DNA from: Heteronotia binoei
Lineage: Eukaryota
Assembly: GCF_032191835.1 (NCBI RefSeq)
Contig: NC_083233.1
Location: forward strand, 53,506,001-53,570,000
DNA: 64,000 bases
Direction of reading: 5' to 3'
Of the stretch, positions 12,501 through 24,234 are shown one piece after another. A program made the position numbers and the translations under genes. The notes below the pieces were generated by a model. That model saw only the letters and a list, made by a program, of their open reading frames with translations. It searched no databases and had not been told where the DNA came from. Numbering within the stretch: position 1 is the first letter of the stretch; each line of letters opens with the position of its first letter.

Positions 12501-14891
12501 CCAGTGCAGACCTGCTGTCTTAGAGCACTAGTGCTGTAAACACTGCCACAGCCTCCACTGTCCAGGAACAGAGGGGATCCCTTCCTGGAATGGAGACAAA
12601 TACAAGGGTTCCCATGCCACACACAAAACAGAGTACAAAGCGACCTTGGCTGACTTGTGAATGACAGAGGCACACGAAGCTGCCTTATACTGAATCAGAT
12701 CATCGGTCCTATCAAAGTCATTATCCTCAGTTTGTAAGAGGCCCTTCTAACCCAGGAAGGAGAGAAAGCCACCTCGCAAGGCTGATTTGGGGTGCCGTTA
12801 ATGGTGCTAGAGCAGAAAAAGCCAGATGAAATTTACCAAGGCATTATCCTGCCAATGTCCCCATTCACATAGCAGGCCCCTTGCACCATTACCACTCATT
12901 TCCATCAGGCTTGCATAGGGGAATGCCCTGGGGAGATTGTGTCCCATGTTGATGGGTGGATGGGAGAGATATTCCCATCAGTATGTTCCACCTCAGTGCC
13001 CCAAATTGGTTGAGATCAGCCTAGGAAAGATGAATGGTGCTGGGAGCAGGGGGGGGCGGTGTTGCAAGAATTAGATCAGGGCAAGTCCCCAAGGGTGGAG
13101 CTTCTGATTCAGCTAAAGCACAGTAAAATAGGGCCCAATGAAACAGAAATTAGAGGGAGTTGGACCCACACCCGAATTTCTAGAAAAATGAAAACCTAAC
13201 ACACACCCATTTTGTCCTAACATGTAGACTAGGGGTGGGATGGGGTGGGGTTGGGGCATAATAACGTTACAACTGAGCTTCATCTGCTTTTTCGCAACAG
13301 GATTTGGAGCCCTGGCACACAACACAGGGCCGCGGCTTCTACACATTATTTCAAAATTGTGATAAATTGAGTGTGTTCCATTGCCAATGCAAGAACTGGG
13401 CAATGAATGAAGCATTTCCCATAGCAGCTCCCCAGGCAAAGAGATCACACTTCACAGGAATCACTGTCTTTCTTTCTACTTAAACACAGCACTAAAACAA
13501 GAGATTCAGATACCAGAACTGTAGACATATAAAACAAGGGATTCAAATGGCCCTCTGTGCTAAAACCATCTGCCTTTAGAACAGCTGTAACCTGCATGAA
13601 CCATGGGCTGGATCCAACCAACTTTTACACTGAAGAAAAAGGGGGGAAGGCCCCCTTTGAACACCTGCAAGGGTATGCTGTGGATCATGAGATCCACACA
13701 GACAAAAGCCATGTGGGATGGAAGTGGCAGTCTTAAGGAGAGGAATTAAAGTGAGAGAGATTCTGCATTAGTCTTTGTCCTGGTCTCATTCTTGGCTCTC
13801 AAGATAGCGCAGGGCAGGGAGCAAGCAGGGAACACACAATCCCGCTCCAGAGATGCCAAAGCAGAATCCATGGAAAAGAGCTGCCATGAGGAATTCCGCA
13901 CAGAAGAGAGGCAAGTGCTAAATGCTGAATCAGTTGGGAGTAGAAACAGCTAGCTGGATCCAACCCCAGGTAAATTAAGAAAACTTGCATAATTTCTCTT
14001 TGCGTAATTAGCATTGGTTACAGTGCATAATCTATTCAGACCAGTTACAGGGAGAGGCAAGGACATTCAATGGGCACGGAAGCCCCACGAAAGCATTCTG
14101 CTGGTCTCCGAGATGTGACCAGGCCTTGCTGTATTCTTTCAAACTTATCTAGCCATAAGAACTAGAAACTTGTTCTTTTAAAAATGAAAGCTGAGATTCT
14201 GCCCATACAACAGACTCATATCACACATACACAGAGGCCCCTGGAATGACTTACTCTGCTGGATGGATTTCAGCCCACGGAGGAAAGTAGCAGCAAAGAG
14301 GAAGCAGCACCCAGCTTGATCGAACTGCACCTCTCCGATGATGCTCAAGGAGGCACCCAAGCAAACGGGCCCCATGGCTGCGTACTGCAGCGGGTGGTGG
14401 TGCTTCCCCAGCAGCACCTTGGAGAGGGTCAGAGTGAAGAGCGGCGTGGTGGTATACACCATCTGAGCAAAGTCCAGCTGCACATAGTTGAGACCCAAGT
14501 TCCCAAAAGCCACGCTGGCGCAGAAAGTCAAGCTGAGTAGGAACACCCGGGCCTTGGCCTCAGGGCCAAGTGTGGGGTTCCCACTCCCCCCAGCCCGGAG
14601 CCTGGCCAAAGGTTTGCCCACCACCACAGCGGTCAGCATGTGCAGGGATGACAGCAGCACAGGGTACCGGAAATTGTGGACAGCGAAGATCCATTTGTTG
14701 AGGCTGGACATGGTCGTGCCGGTGACCAACCAGACGAACACAGTGGCCACGAGGGGAACGGCGTGCAGAGATGGAGGGGGTGACCTCCGCCCCCCATGCT
14801 TCCCTGAACCTGGCTTCCAAGGAGAGCGCGGCCACGCTCCATCCGCAGAGTTCATTCCTGCTTCATTTCTCCCCTGAGAGGGCAGGCACAT
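9137..14891 (-). CDS. SLC35E4: Solute carrier family 35 member E4, join(14891..14255, 9558..9137), 352 aa
   Basis: Translation [16 protein letters not shown]...[26 protein letters not shown]...[10 protein letters not shown]|TLLQEERMD...YNLASF...GNFNIVGNL matches SLC35E4 as I recall it. Donor A|GTAAGT at 14255/14254 and acceptor CCACAG|GT at 9559/9558 share phase 1. Total 1059 nt ends in TGA (9139-9137). Syntenic with TCN2 and PES1. Confidence 0.93.
10470..12050 (+). mobile_element. 5'-truncated CR1 LINE (RT half of ORF2 with stops/frameshifts, plus 3' UTR) in the SLC35E4 intron
   Basis: Fragmented ORFs: [57 protein letters not shown]; ends in (TCTTATGT)-type repeats. Confidence 0.92.
14255..14891 (-). 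CDS. SLC35E4: SLC35E4 coding exon 1 (637 nt)
   Basis: Part of ORF 14178..14957. Start taken at the MC...M-x-SA Met (14891), which has the same 12-residue spacing as human MCRCPPEHHDGRMTSA. GTAAGT donor. Confidence 0.88.
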
Positions 14892-16162
14892 TGGGGATGA
14901 CAGCCTACCACCAATGGGAGAGAGTCCTTTTCCAAGCAGCTTTGAGTCTGGAGGCACCCCAGAGGAGGGTCACCTTATATCATATTCCCATTTCGCTGCT
15001 GCAGCAGGCTCTCGCTCCTCAGCTGACTGCCTCTGGCAGACCGTGGTGCCCACAGAGTGATTCTTACTCCTGTTTCTTTTCCAAAAGTCACTCCCCGTGA
15101 CTCACCAGGATCAAGTTTCCAACTCCGGCTTGGTGGGGCTCCCTGGCTTGCTTGGAAGTTTCCCCGAAGAAACAACAAGAAGCTGGAACTGGGGGAAAGT
15201 TTGCTTCAAACGGAAAGCAAGTGGTCATCTCAGCTCCTAGTATCCTCTGCCTTAGCTCCGATGAGACAGCCGTCCGGTGACTGCTTGGCATGGGATGGGT
15301 CTCAGGGCAATTCTGTGGAACTGGTTAGATGACCAAAGAGCCTACAATTAAACACCCAGCAAAGCTCTTCTGCTTTATTACCGGCCTGCCCTCCTTATAC
15401 ACTGGCCGGCTCCAGGACTGGCTGAGCTGAATCCATTGTGCAAACAGATACCAGATGGAGAGAGAAGCAAGTGGAAAGTCTGATGGTTCTGTGGTTGGTG
15501 AGAAGCTCCACCTCTGGCATCAGCAGGCAGTGCAACAGCAGCAGCTGAAGTGAGTGTGCAATGTTAAAGTGAATGAGGGCAGGAAGCCGGTGCTCTCTGT
15601 GGGCCCGCCCAGGGCGACTCATCCGCGGCTTTCTCCTGTGGGAGGAAGAAGGGCAGAGTGAGAAGGCGGGGGGGGGGAACACCCGTCAAAAGCATCCAAA
15701 ACAATCAGGCACTATGGAGACACACAAGAAGCTTTGAGTGACTGTGCCGGCATCCCTAGCAGGGTGGCAAAATATGCCAGGCTTCAGCCTGCCCTCTGTT
15801 TTCAATGTCAGGGCTCAGCCTTGGAAAAAAAACAAGGCATAGATGATGAAGACACTCATTTTATTTATATCTTGCTTTTCTCCTTCACAGGGACTCAAAG
15901 CAGCTTATCACATTGCTCTCCCTTCTTTTTTTTAAAAAAAACATTTTATTGAATGCTAATAAAATACAGTACAGTACACAGACTCAAGATAAAGCAATAC
16001 ATGCAAGAATCACCATACACATACAGAAGAGGGGAAGATTGCTCTCCCTTCTTCCACCCTACCCCTAAAATAACCACCTTGTATGGCAGGTTAGGGTGAT
16101 GGGACCAAGATCATCTGGCTAGCTTCCACGATACAGTGAAGATTTAAACTTGGTCCTATAGT

Positions 16163-16355
16163 CAGTACTCCCTCTAACTTTTGGAATCCTGTGAGCAAAA
16201 TCTCAACTTCGTGAGCTATTGGCACTAAAGTTGTGAGCTTCTGCATAAATTAGTTTGCTCTAGGGCCATTTTTCCTGAGCTAAGATTAAAATGTGTGAGC
16301 AGAGGCTAAAAAACCTTGAGCTAGCTCACACTAACTCAGCTTAGAGGGAGCACTT
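16163..16355. mobile_element. hAT-like MITE (CAGTGTTCCCTCTAA family); other copies 20699-20890, 28396-28568, ~63818-64000
   Basis: Shared ~190-bp body with CCCTCTAA..TTAGAGGG termini. Confidence 0.75.
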
Positions 16356-16399
16356 GTCCTAGTCTGCTACTCTGGGTACTGCTCACCGCTGTCTCTCTT

Positions 16400-16530
16400 A
16401 GTATCTGATGAAGTGTGCATTCACACAAAAGCTTAAACTCAGAATTAAACATTGCTGGTTTTAAAAGTGCAACTGGACTCAAGCTTTGCTCTGCTGCTTC
16501 AGACCAACACGGCCGCCTACCTGAATCTAC
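16400..16530 (+). mobile_element. Penelope-like pseudo-LTR remnant with decayed hammerhead core; other copies ~32425-32520 and ~58840-58975
   Basis: CTGATGA-hairpin-(G)AAAGCTTA followed by the shared ..TTGTTGGTCT..GGTGCTACTGGACT.. tail. Confidence 0.6.
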
Positions 16531-19500
16531 CACACTTCTGAGAAACTGCAGAATGCTTTTCCTTTACTACTGAGTCATGACAGAGTCCCCTTCCCCACCC
16601 CAAGAAATCAGGCTTGAAGCAGTGCTGGACTAAACTCTGTGGAGGCCCCTAGGCAGTCAAAAACTCGGGGGGCCCTGGCAAATTATCTCAGAGTTGGAGC
16701 ACCCACCCCACTGCCCTCTCTGTAGCCTGCTGGCAACTTCTCAAAAGCCCCTCTGATAAAGCTGTGGGGGAGAGGCAGAGAGAGACAAACTTGGCCATGT
16801 CGCCAGAAGCAGCCGCACCAGGTAACTTGGGCGTAGAGTGGCTCAGTTGCTGGCTGTGCATGCAGGCTGGGAGGGCTGCAAGCAGGGGGGAAACGGGGGG
16901 GGGGGGGGAGCCAACGTAGGGCCCCTAAAGGTGTGAGGCCCATAGGCCAGTACCTACTTGGCCTAATTGTTAATCCAGCTGCAGTTTGACAGGAGGAACT
17001 GTAGACATACCCAGATGCCTGTTTTGCTAAAAATTAAGCTCTTAGGCTAGGCCAATTAGGGAAACATCCTAACTGGAAATGAGTCCCAGAAGCTGAATCC
17101 ACAGAACCAGAGCATCTGGGGTGTAGGTGTATAAGGTATGAATCACTGGAATCTGGGAAGCCAGCAAAAGGCCCACAAACCTAATGGCTAATCCTCAGAA
17201 GTATGAACCGGATCCCTTTCTGATTGCCACAAAGTGGCAAGAAAGAAGTTTCAGTTGAAATATGCCTGTGCAACTGAGAAGCACACACATTTTGTACAAA
17301 AACTTGTTCCTCACATCCGTGGTGAATGGCCTTTCCTGGTTAAAATTGCAATGCAAATAAACGTTTAAACCAGTGCTTTTCTCTGGAACATTCAGTAATC
17401 ACAAGGGCAGCTGGCTTGCTGTGCCTCTATACATTTAGCTGAGAACAGCAACAATTAAAGCTTTCAATGAAGGTGTGAATCAGCCACCTGACTCACAAAA
17501 GATTTTTTAGCATGTAAGCAGGTCCAGAAAGGAAATTACATGCATTTAATAGCCGCAACACAAATTACCTCCCAACAACAAAAAGCTAATTTAGAGCAAA
17601 GGTTCATACATTTTGTCCTTTTAACAAAGTACCTGCATGCCAGTCACACCAAGACCTAGTTGCAATAATTTCTCTCTTAAAAACTTGACTTTGCCTGAAT
17701 TTCTCTAGAGACTCACATTGAAAGACAGCTCATTTAGTTTCCTTTCCATTTCCATAATGAGTAAAGCCTGGGAGCACAGTCACAATGTGAGCAAGACCAT
17801 GTTCAATTTTGCTAAGGCCTCTTTAACAAACCTTTCAGGCTTATGCTCAGTTTAAAAAAAAAAAACAGCTTGGCAATTTCTACCTACCTCTGCTCACTGC
17901 AACTGAGCCATTACAATTCTGAACGGCAAAGTGTAACCTGAATTGCCTTGCTTCAAATTTAGATGGGGGAATTAGTGTGAGATCAAATATGACAGACAGG
18001 AATAACAGGCGAGAAACATCACCTATGTATAACAGGTCAGTTGACGGACAAAACTTCTTACTGACTTTGATTTCAAATTAACAAAGACTGTCTTAAGCAA
18101 ATTATAAACCATACATACAAGTACACTATGAAAAAATAGATTGAAATGGGAAATAAGACAAGGGAGGGAGTTGTAGCAGGAATATTTACCACCCGGATGT
18201 GCAGAAGTCTATGGAGAGAGGGGAGGTGCGAGAAACCAGCATGCACAACTTCAGAGGTCCAAGCACAAGGCACTTGGGGGTGCAATTCAGAAAATGGCCG
18301 CCCTTAGAGTGAACATGTGGATGTGCATTCAGGCACATATATTTAAAATGTATCTTTGAGTGAAAAAGTGTGGGAAGAGGGCTTGATTACTGGGCACTGA
18401 TGCAAACGACAGGGATTGGCTGAAACTGGAACAGAAGGTGGGTTTGGAATGCTCAGCAAGAGGCGGATCTGGAACACCCTCAAAAAAGGTGGGTCTGGAA
18501 TCCTCAGCAAAAGGTTTCCCTTTTTTAAAAAAAACAAGTTCATTGTTCCTTAATGGGGACATCCTGAAAGAAGGTGGCCCCAACAATAGTGGATGTCTGA
18601 ATAATATTGTCTTGGTTCCTGGAGTCATAGAGCAGTGACAATAGGTGGGAAGCAGAGCTGTAGCTTAGACAACAAGATCTTGACAAGATTATGTAAAAGG
18701 AGGAGTTCCAGGAGCAGAACCAGGAACTAGCAAGAGTGTTCCCCCTTTGGAGACAAAGGCAAGACCTTTTGGAGCTAGACCTTCTGATCAAGCCCCTTTT
18801 ACATACTTGATGAGTTTAGAAGGTCTGAGAAATTTATGCTTATCTGAGAGTGGGAAAGAAGGTAATAGATTGCCCTCAGGCCCAAGCAGATATGCGTTCT
18901 CTCTTTAGTCTACTACAGATATCCAGAGCCCCTAAGTTGGGCTGCCTCATGTCTGCAATATAGTTGGCACTTTGGTTCACAGACACCGGAGAGGTGCCCT
19001 CTCAGGGTGCCTTGTGTGGTTCAGCAAATGAGAGCGGCATGAGACACAGGTGTGCCATCTTTATTCAAGTTGATGGCCAGGCATGGGGGCTAAAAGCCAA
19101 AAGCATGTGGTAAATCCAAAAGAACACACACACCCCAGACTGACTGTAAACAGAAACAAAAGGGGGATAGTTTTGTGCCACCCAGCAACAGACGTAACTG
19201 CTCCCGATGCTGTTTTTAAAGTCACGTGGGATAACTGAGTTAGTTTAATGGGTCATACAGAAGATCAAGTAAAATGCTGTAGCTAGGCAAGCATCCTGTT
19301 TGCACTCTACATGCTAAGAGACATCTCACAATGCTTTAAAAGATATGGTGGCTACTTGACCTACTCTGTGACAGCAGCACTCTAAAAAAAAAAGTGCAGA
19401 AAGTTGGCTCAGGCAAATGGGTGCAGGGCAGGGCAGAAGGTGCCGGCCGACACACCAAAGGAAAAGGCTAACGTTTGAAACTGAAAAAGTTATGGCAAAG

Positions 19501-21380
19501 AGTCACACTAAAGCTGAAGGGTAAATTATATTAGCTATGGGATTTTCTATATGTTATGGGGTACTGATATTGAATATATGCTACTGAGCATCACTTATGT
19601 ATGGTTTTAGAATTAATGAATACTTTTAGTTAAAGGCAACTGGTCCCTGTGTGTTTCTCTCCCTCTGGAGGCCTGACTTCCCTAGCCAGACTCTATCCAC
19701 CTACAGAAAAGAAACCTAATGGGGTTTGGGGATCTCAGGCAGATGCTTAGACCCCTTCCTGGACCCCTACAGGAAGACAGAAGGAACTCCAAATATGGGC
19801 ATGATTAACCATGTTGAAAAGTACAGGGAAAGCAAGGGAAATCTCAACCTGGGATGATTAGGCCTGGAATACCAGCTTGGCCTGGTTCAACAAAGGACTG
19901 GGCAGAGCTTGATGGCCCCTCCTGGGTTTGCAACTAATTTGCCACAGTGGCAAGCCTGGAGATAGCTGATCGCCATGGTAGCAACATTAGGTTTCCAGGG
20001 TACTTTCCACTGAAAAGCAGATTCCTAGGTGGTCCAAGAAGGGAAGTCACTCTTCTGAATGCTGGGGTCATTAATTATGGCCTGAACTCTGATGAGCCCT
20101 CACAAGACCAAAGAATAGAACTATTGTCAAGAGAGTGTCCTGTCCTAGGGGTGGGGTGGGGACAGGCCACCCTCCTCTGCATCAGCTTTTTTATTGCCCT
20201 TGGCCTGATTTCTCACTTTCTCAGTTTTCATATCAAACATTGCTTCCCTTCCACAGACAGCATGTGGCCTGAGAAATCATGAAGGTGACCCAAAATGTGG
20301 CTCCTGACTCAGGGCTCCTTTCAGGTTATGTGCCAGCACTCTGCATAGCAACTCCAGTCTTTGGTGGTCTTCCACCCAAAAAAGTTTATTGAAGTTATAT
20401 GTGACTAAGAACTGGTTCTCATTATGCACACAGATATTCTGAACATTCAATAACTATATCCTTCGGACCGGTTCACACTGGTGACTGCATCATTAAGTGA
20501 CAACTTACATGTCCCTACCTACAATATTTTTGTCTTCCTCCTTTCCCCAGAAGCTCAGACCAGCATGCATGTTTTTTGCCTTCTCTGCTATATCGTAACA
20601 AGAACCCTGTTGGGTAAGTTATGATGGGAGAGAGTGACAGGGCCCAAAGTCATTCAGTGAAATTTCATGACAGTGGGAAACTGAACCTGGGACCCCTCCA
20701 ATGCTTCCTCTAAGCTGTGAAGTCTTGTGACCAAAATTCTACTTTGTGAGCTACTGGGATTATTAAAGTTGTGAGCTGCTGCATAAGTTAATTTGCTCTG
20801 CGGCCATTTTTCCTGAGCTAAAAATGTTGTGAGCCTGACACTAAAAAACTGTGAGCTAGCTCACACTAACTCAGTTTAGAGGGAACACTGGCTCTCCTCT
20901 AGTCCAACATTTAAACTACTGCACTGTGATTACTCTTGAAAATGTGAATGGGACCATAACTGACAGAACTTTCAGTTAAGCGCCAGATCACTGCAAATCA
21001 TTGCACGCCATGAGATGGAACAGGTGTTGGGGCCCAAGGTGAGTGAACCTCACTCCCAGAAAACAGTTGTGTGTGGGAAGGATGTGCAGGTGAACAGCAC
21101 ATAGAGTGCAACAGAGGGAGAGGAAGGGAGAGAGCACCTGGTACTCTCTGCATGGGGCCCATCAAAACCTTAAACTGGCTCTGTCTAATGGAATGCTTCC
21201 CAGTGGAAACAGTCTGCATGTTCACATTTACACTGTTGTATGACATTCAGCTCCCTCCTCTAGTATACAAAAACCCAGTAAGGCATATATACACCTGTGG
21301 GAGCCAGACCCTGGGAGCTGCTAGTTCATTACAGCAGACTGACTTTTTTAGACAGGATAGCACTGCAATTGACTCTGCAT

Positions 21381-21659
21381 GAAGAAGATGATATTGGATT
21401 TATATCCCAACCTATACTCTGAATCTCAGAGCTGTCACAATCTTCTTTACCTCCCCCCCCCCCCACAACAGATACCCTGTGAGGTAGGTGGGGCTAAGAG
21501 AGCTCTTACAGCAGCTGCCCTTTCAAGGACAACTCCTATGAAAGCTATGGCTGACTCAAGGCCATTCCAGCAGGTGCAAGTGGAGGAGTGGGGATTCTGG
21601 GAATCAAACCCCTTCTCTCAGATAAGAGTCCGCGCACTTAACCGCTACACCCAATTGGC
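21381..21659 (-). mobile_element. Sauria-type SINE
   Basis: Reverse complement of the 27778 family. Confidence 0.82.
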
Positions 21660-21669
21660 TCTCCACCAT

Positions 21670-21836
21670 CAGGGGTGGAATTCTAGCAGGAGCTCCTTTG
21701 CATATTAGGCCACCCTCCCTAATGTAGCCAATTCTCCAAGAGCTTACAAAAAAGAGCCTTGTAAGTTTTTGGAGGATTGGCTACATCAGGGTGTGGCCTA
21801 ATATGCAAAGGAGCTCCTGCTAGAATTCCACCCCTG
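21670..21836. mobile_element. Palindromic MITE (167 bp)
   Basis: Perfect 44-bp terminal inverted repeat CAGGGGTGGAATTCTAGCAGGAGCTCCTTTGCATATTAGGCCAC; interior also self-complementary. Confidence 0.8.
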
Positions 21837-22949
21837 ATCACCACTGTCTTTTGGCAGCTCATTCACAAGTTTTTACCTGATGAACTCATATGTCTCAACC
21901 AACGGTCTGCAATAGGTCATCTTTGTTCTATTTGGCTCTCTTCTCTTTTTACAGGCGTGGTCAGTTAATCTGAGAGAGTCTCATCCCAAATATTTCTTCC
22001 TTGTGAAACCTCCTATAAATAAATACCCATCCATATAAAACTCTGCACACAGCACAGCACTGTTGTATAGCAGAGGGATCCCAGAACCACTTTTCAAAGT
22101 CTCAGCCTCACGCAAATATGAAGCTACCTGATACAGCGTCAGACCACTGAGCCCAGCGCCACCTATTCTGCCAGCACCAGCTCTCAAAGATCTCGGGCAC
22201 AGAAAGGTGCTTCCCAGCCCTACTACCAGAAACCTTCCCAGGTGGAGAGGGCAGGTGCTTGGAACTTCACAGGTACAAAACATGGGTTCTCACTGACCGA
22301 AACCTTTCCCATGCACTTTATGTCCATACAACAAGCATATGTCATTTGACAAAGTACAAAGTGGACAGGAAAATCTTCCCAAGTGTCAGTCATAAATATG
22401 TTTGAAGAACCAGGTTTTCAGCCCAGTCCATCCTAGCGAGCTGGTGGTATTTAAGTATCTTCCGAGGAGCTGAAGGGAATTTCAGATGAGTAGAAATTTT
22501 CCCACTTCAATTCTGGAAAGAATATGTAAACATGTTTGAAGATAATCTGATCTACAAGCCCCTGTAACTAAGAATCCACCACCAACATCAATATCCCCAG
22601 GATGACAGCCTCCCATCCAAGGAAGGCCTTTGACACACAGCTAACAGAACCAAGAGGTCCAGCTTTCCCCAGACTGTACCACTTCAGGCTGCAGGTGGAA
22701 ATGACTCTGAATAACCGGGTGTGGGGAGAACTCCCTGCACACAGAAAAACAGCAGGTCAGGAATCAACCTACTCTTCAATTCTTTTTTTTGAAAAATGAG
22801 CATGAGCTGGGATTCTGTTTATTATTCCACAGGGAAACAGTCCCCCCCCCCCCCGCAGCCCTAAGTGGTCCAGTCCAAGAAAAGCGAGTCTGATGATTGT
22901 ATAAAAGGAACTATTATTGCTTGGCATCGCGTCTGCACTAGTCTGCTAG

Positions 22950-23800
22950 GTTTTGGGGTGGGGGAAGGAGGAAAAACAGATTTGAGCCCCAGCAGGCCGA
23001 GGATGCGGCATCTTCAAGGTGACCCCTACCTTCACCAGCGGAAAGCGACGATGCTCCATCGGGAAGGCCGGGCTCGCCCTGCTGCTGCCTGCAGGGTCAG
23101 AGCCGCCGAGGACAGTCCCGCTCCCCCAAGCGTCACTCCGCAGGAGCCCGGGCAAAGCTCGCCTGCCCCGGCCGCTCTCGGCTTTTGCGCATTGCCCCCG
23201 GGCTGGCATCCGAAAGCCTCTTTCTCCCGCCCCAGCCGCCTGCCTCTTCCCGCGCGTCGCCCGTTAAGCCGCCTCCGAACCCCTCTTTGCAGTCCGGCGG
23301 GTCAGAACCGGGAGCAACAAAGAGCCAATTGGCGAGGGCTTCGCAGCCTTCCAAGAGGCCCCCGGGGCGAAAGATGCCCAGCGCCGAGCCGGAGCCGCCG
23401 GCCAAGGCTGTCCCACGGGCGCCCCCTCCCGCCCTCACCGCACATTGCACCCACCTGGCCGAAACGGCTTTTCGCGCAGGGGCTGCCCACGGCGCAAGGC
23501 TGCGGAAACCGGCCGCGGGCGCAGCAATGCGCAAAATTCCCCCGTCTCCACCCGTACGCGGCCATGACGCAGCTGCGGCTCTGAAGGCTTCCGGTGGGAG
23601 GTCGCGTTTGCGGAGAGAAAGCAAAATACCTCTTTTCTTTCTTCCAAACTTTTCCATCAGTGCCGCTGTGTTGTTGAGCTGCGCATCGAGAGTCCCCCCC
23701 CCCCCATTTTATTCAAGGCTTGCTAACAAACCCGGGGGGTGAGGAGGTCTGTCGCCCCGCGCCTGTACCTTTAAGAGGGCTGGCTCTGCAGAAACCAGCA
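22950..23800. promoter_or_regulatory. CpG island, probable promoter (likely upstream SLC35E4 promoter)
   Basis: Sharp GC/CpG enrichment against a CpG-depleted background. ETS-like CCGGAAG (- strand, ~23587), CCAAT-like motifs, and candidate minus-strand donors AAG|GTAGGG (23030) and AAG|GTACAG (~23768). Confidence 0.7.
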
Positions 23801-24234
23801 GGTGAACGTGGCAATCGGCATGCTGGGAAAGGCTCAGGCGCCAATTAGAAACAGGGCAATTTTGTTCTTAACTTAACTCTCCCACCGCTGTAGGAGCACG
23901 GAAGGAGCCTGAACACATTTTCGAAGGGACGTGGGGATGGGGTCACTCCTGATATTTTTCTTGTTCTCTGACATGACACTACTAGGTCAACCCACCAAAT
24001 GGCATATATCAAAGGCGTTTCCCCAGCATTTCAAACTACTAACTATAGTGTATTGTTCAGGTTGTTGCTTTAACTTTTTTTAATTGCAATTTAAAATTTG
24101 ATTTTATTAAGATATGTTTGGACTGCAAACCACCTCGGGTGCCTGAAGCAGCCAAAGTGGTATGCAGTCTAAACACATCTTAAACTCTTTTCTGTATTCA
24201 CAGATGAATACTTCTTAAAGGGTACTGTCTAGAT

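Noticed and set aside
19013-19330. Possible solo LTR (TG..CA, minus-strand AATAAA)
   Set aside because: No convincing TSD, PBS or second copy; cannot be supported without a repeat library.
22865-23742. Long overlapping ORFs (239, 185, 174 aa) in the CpG island
   Set aside because: Pro/Ala/Arg-rich, open on both strands and in several frames, with no recognisable domain; expected from GC richness alone.
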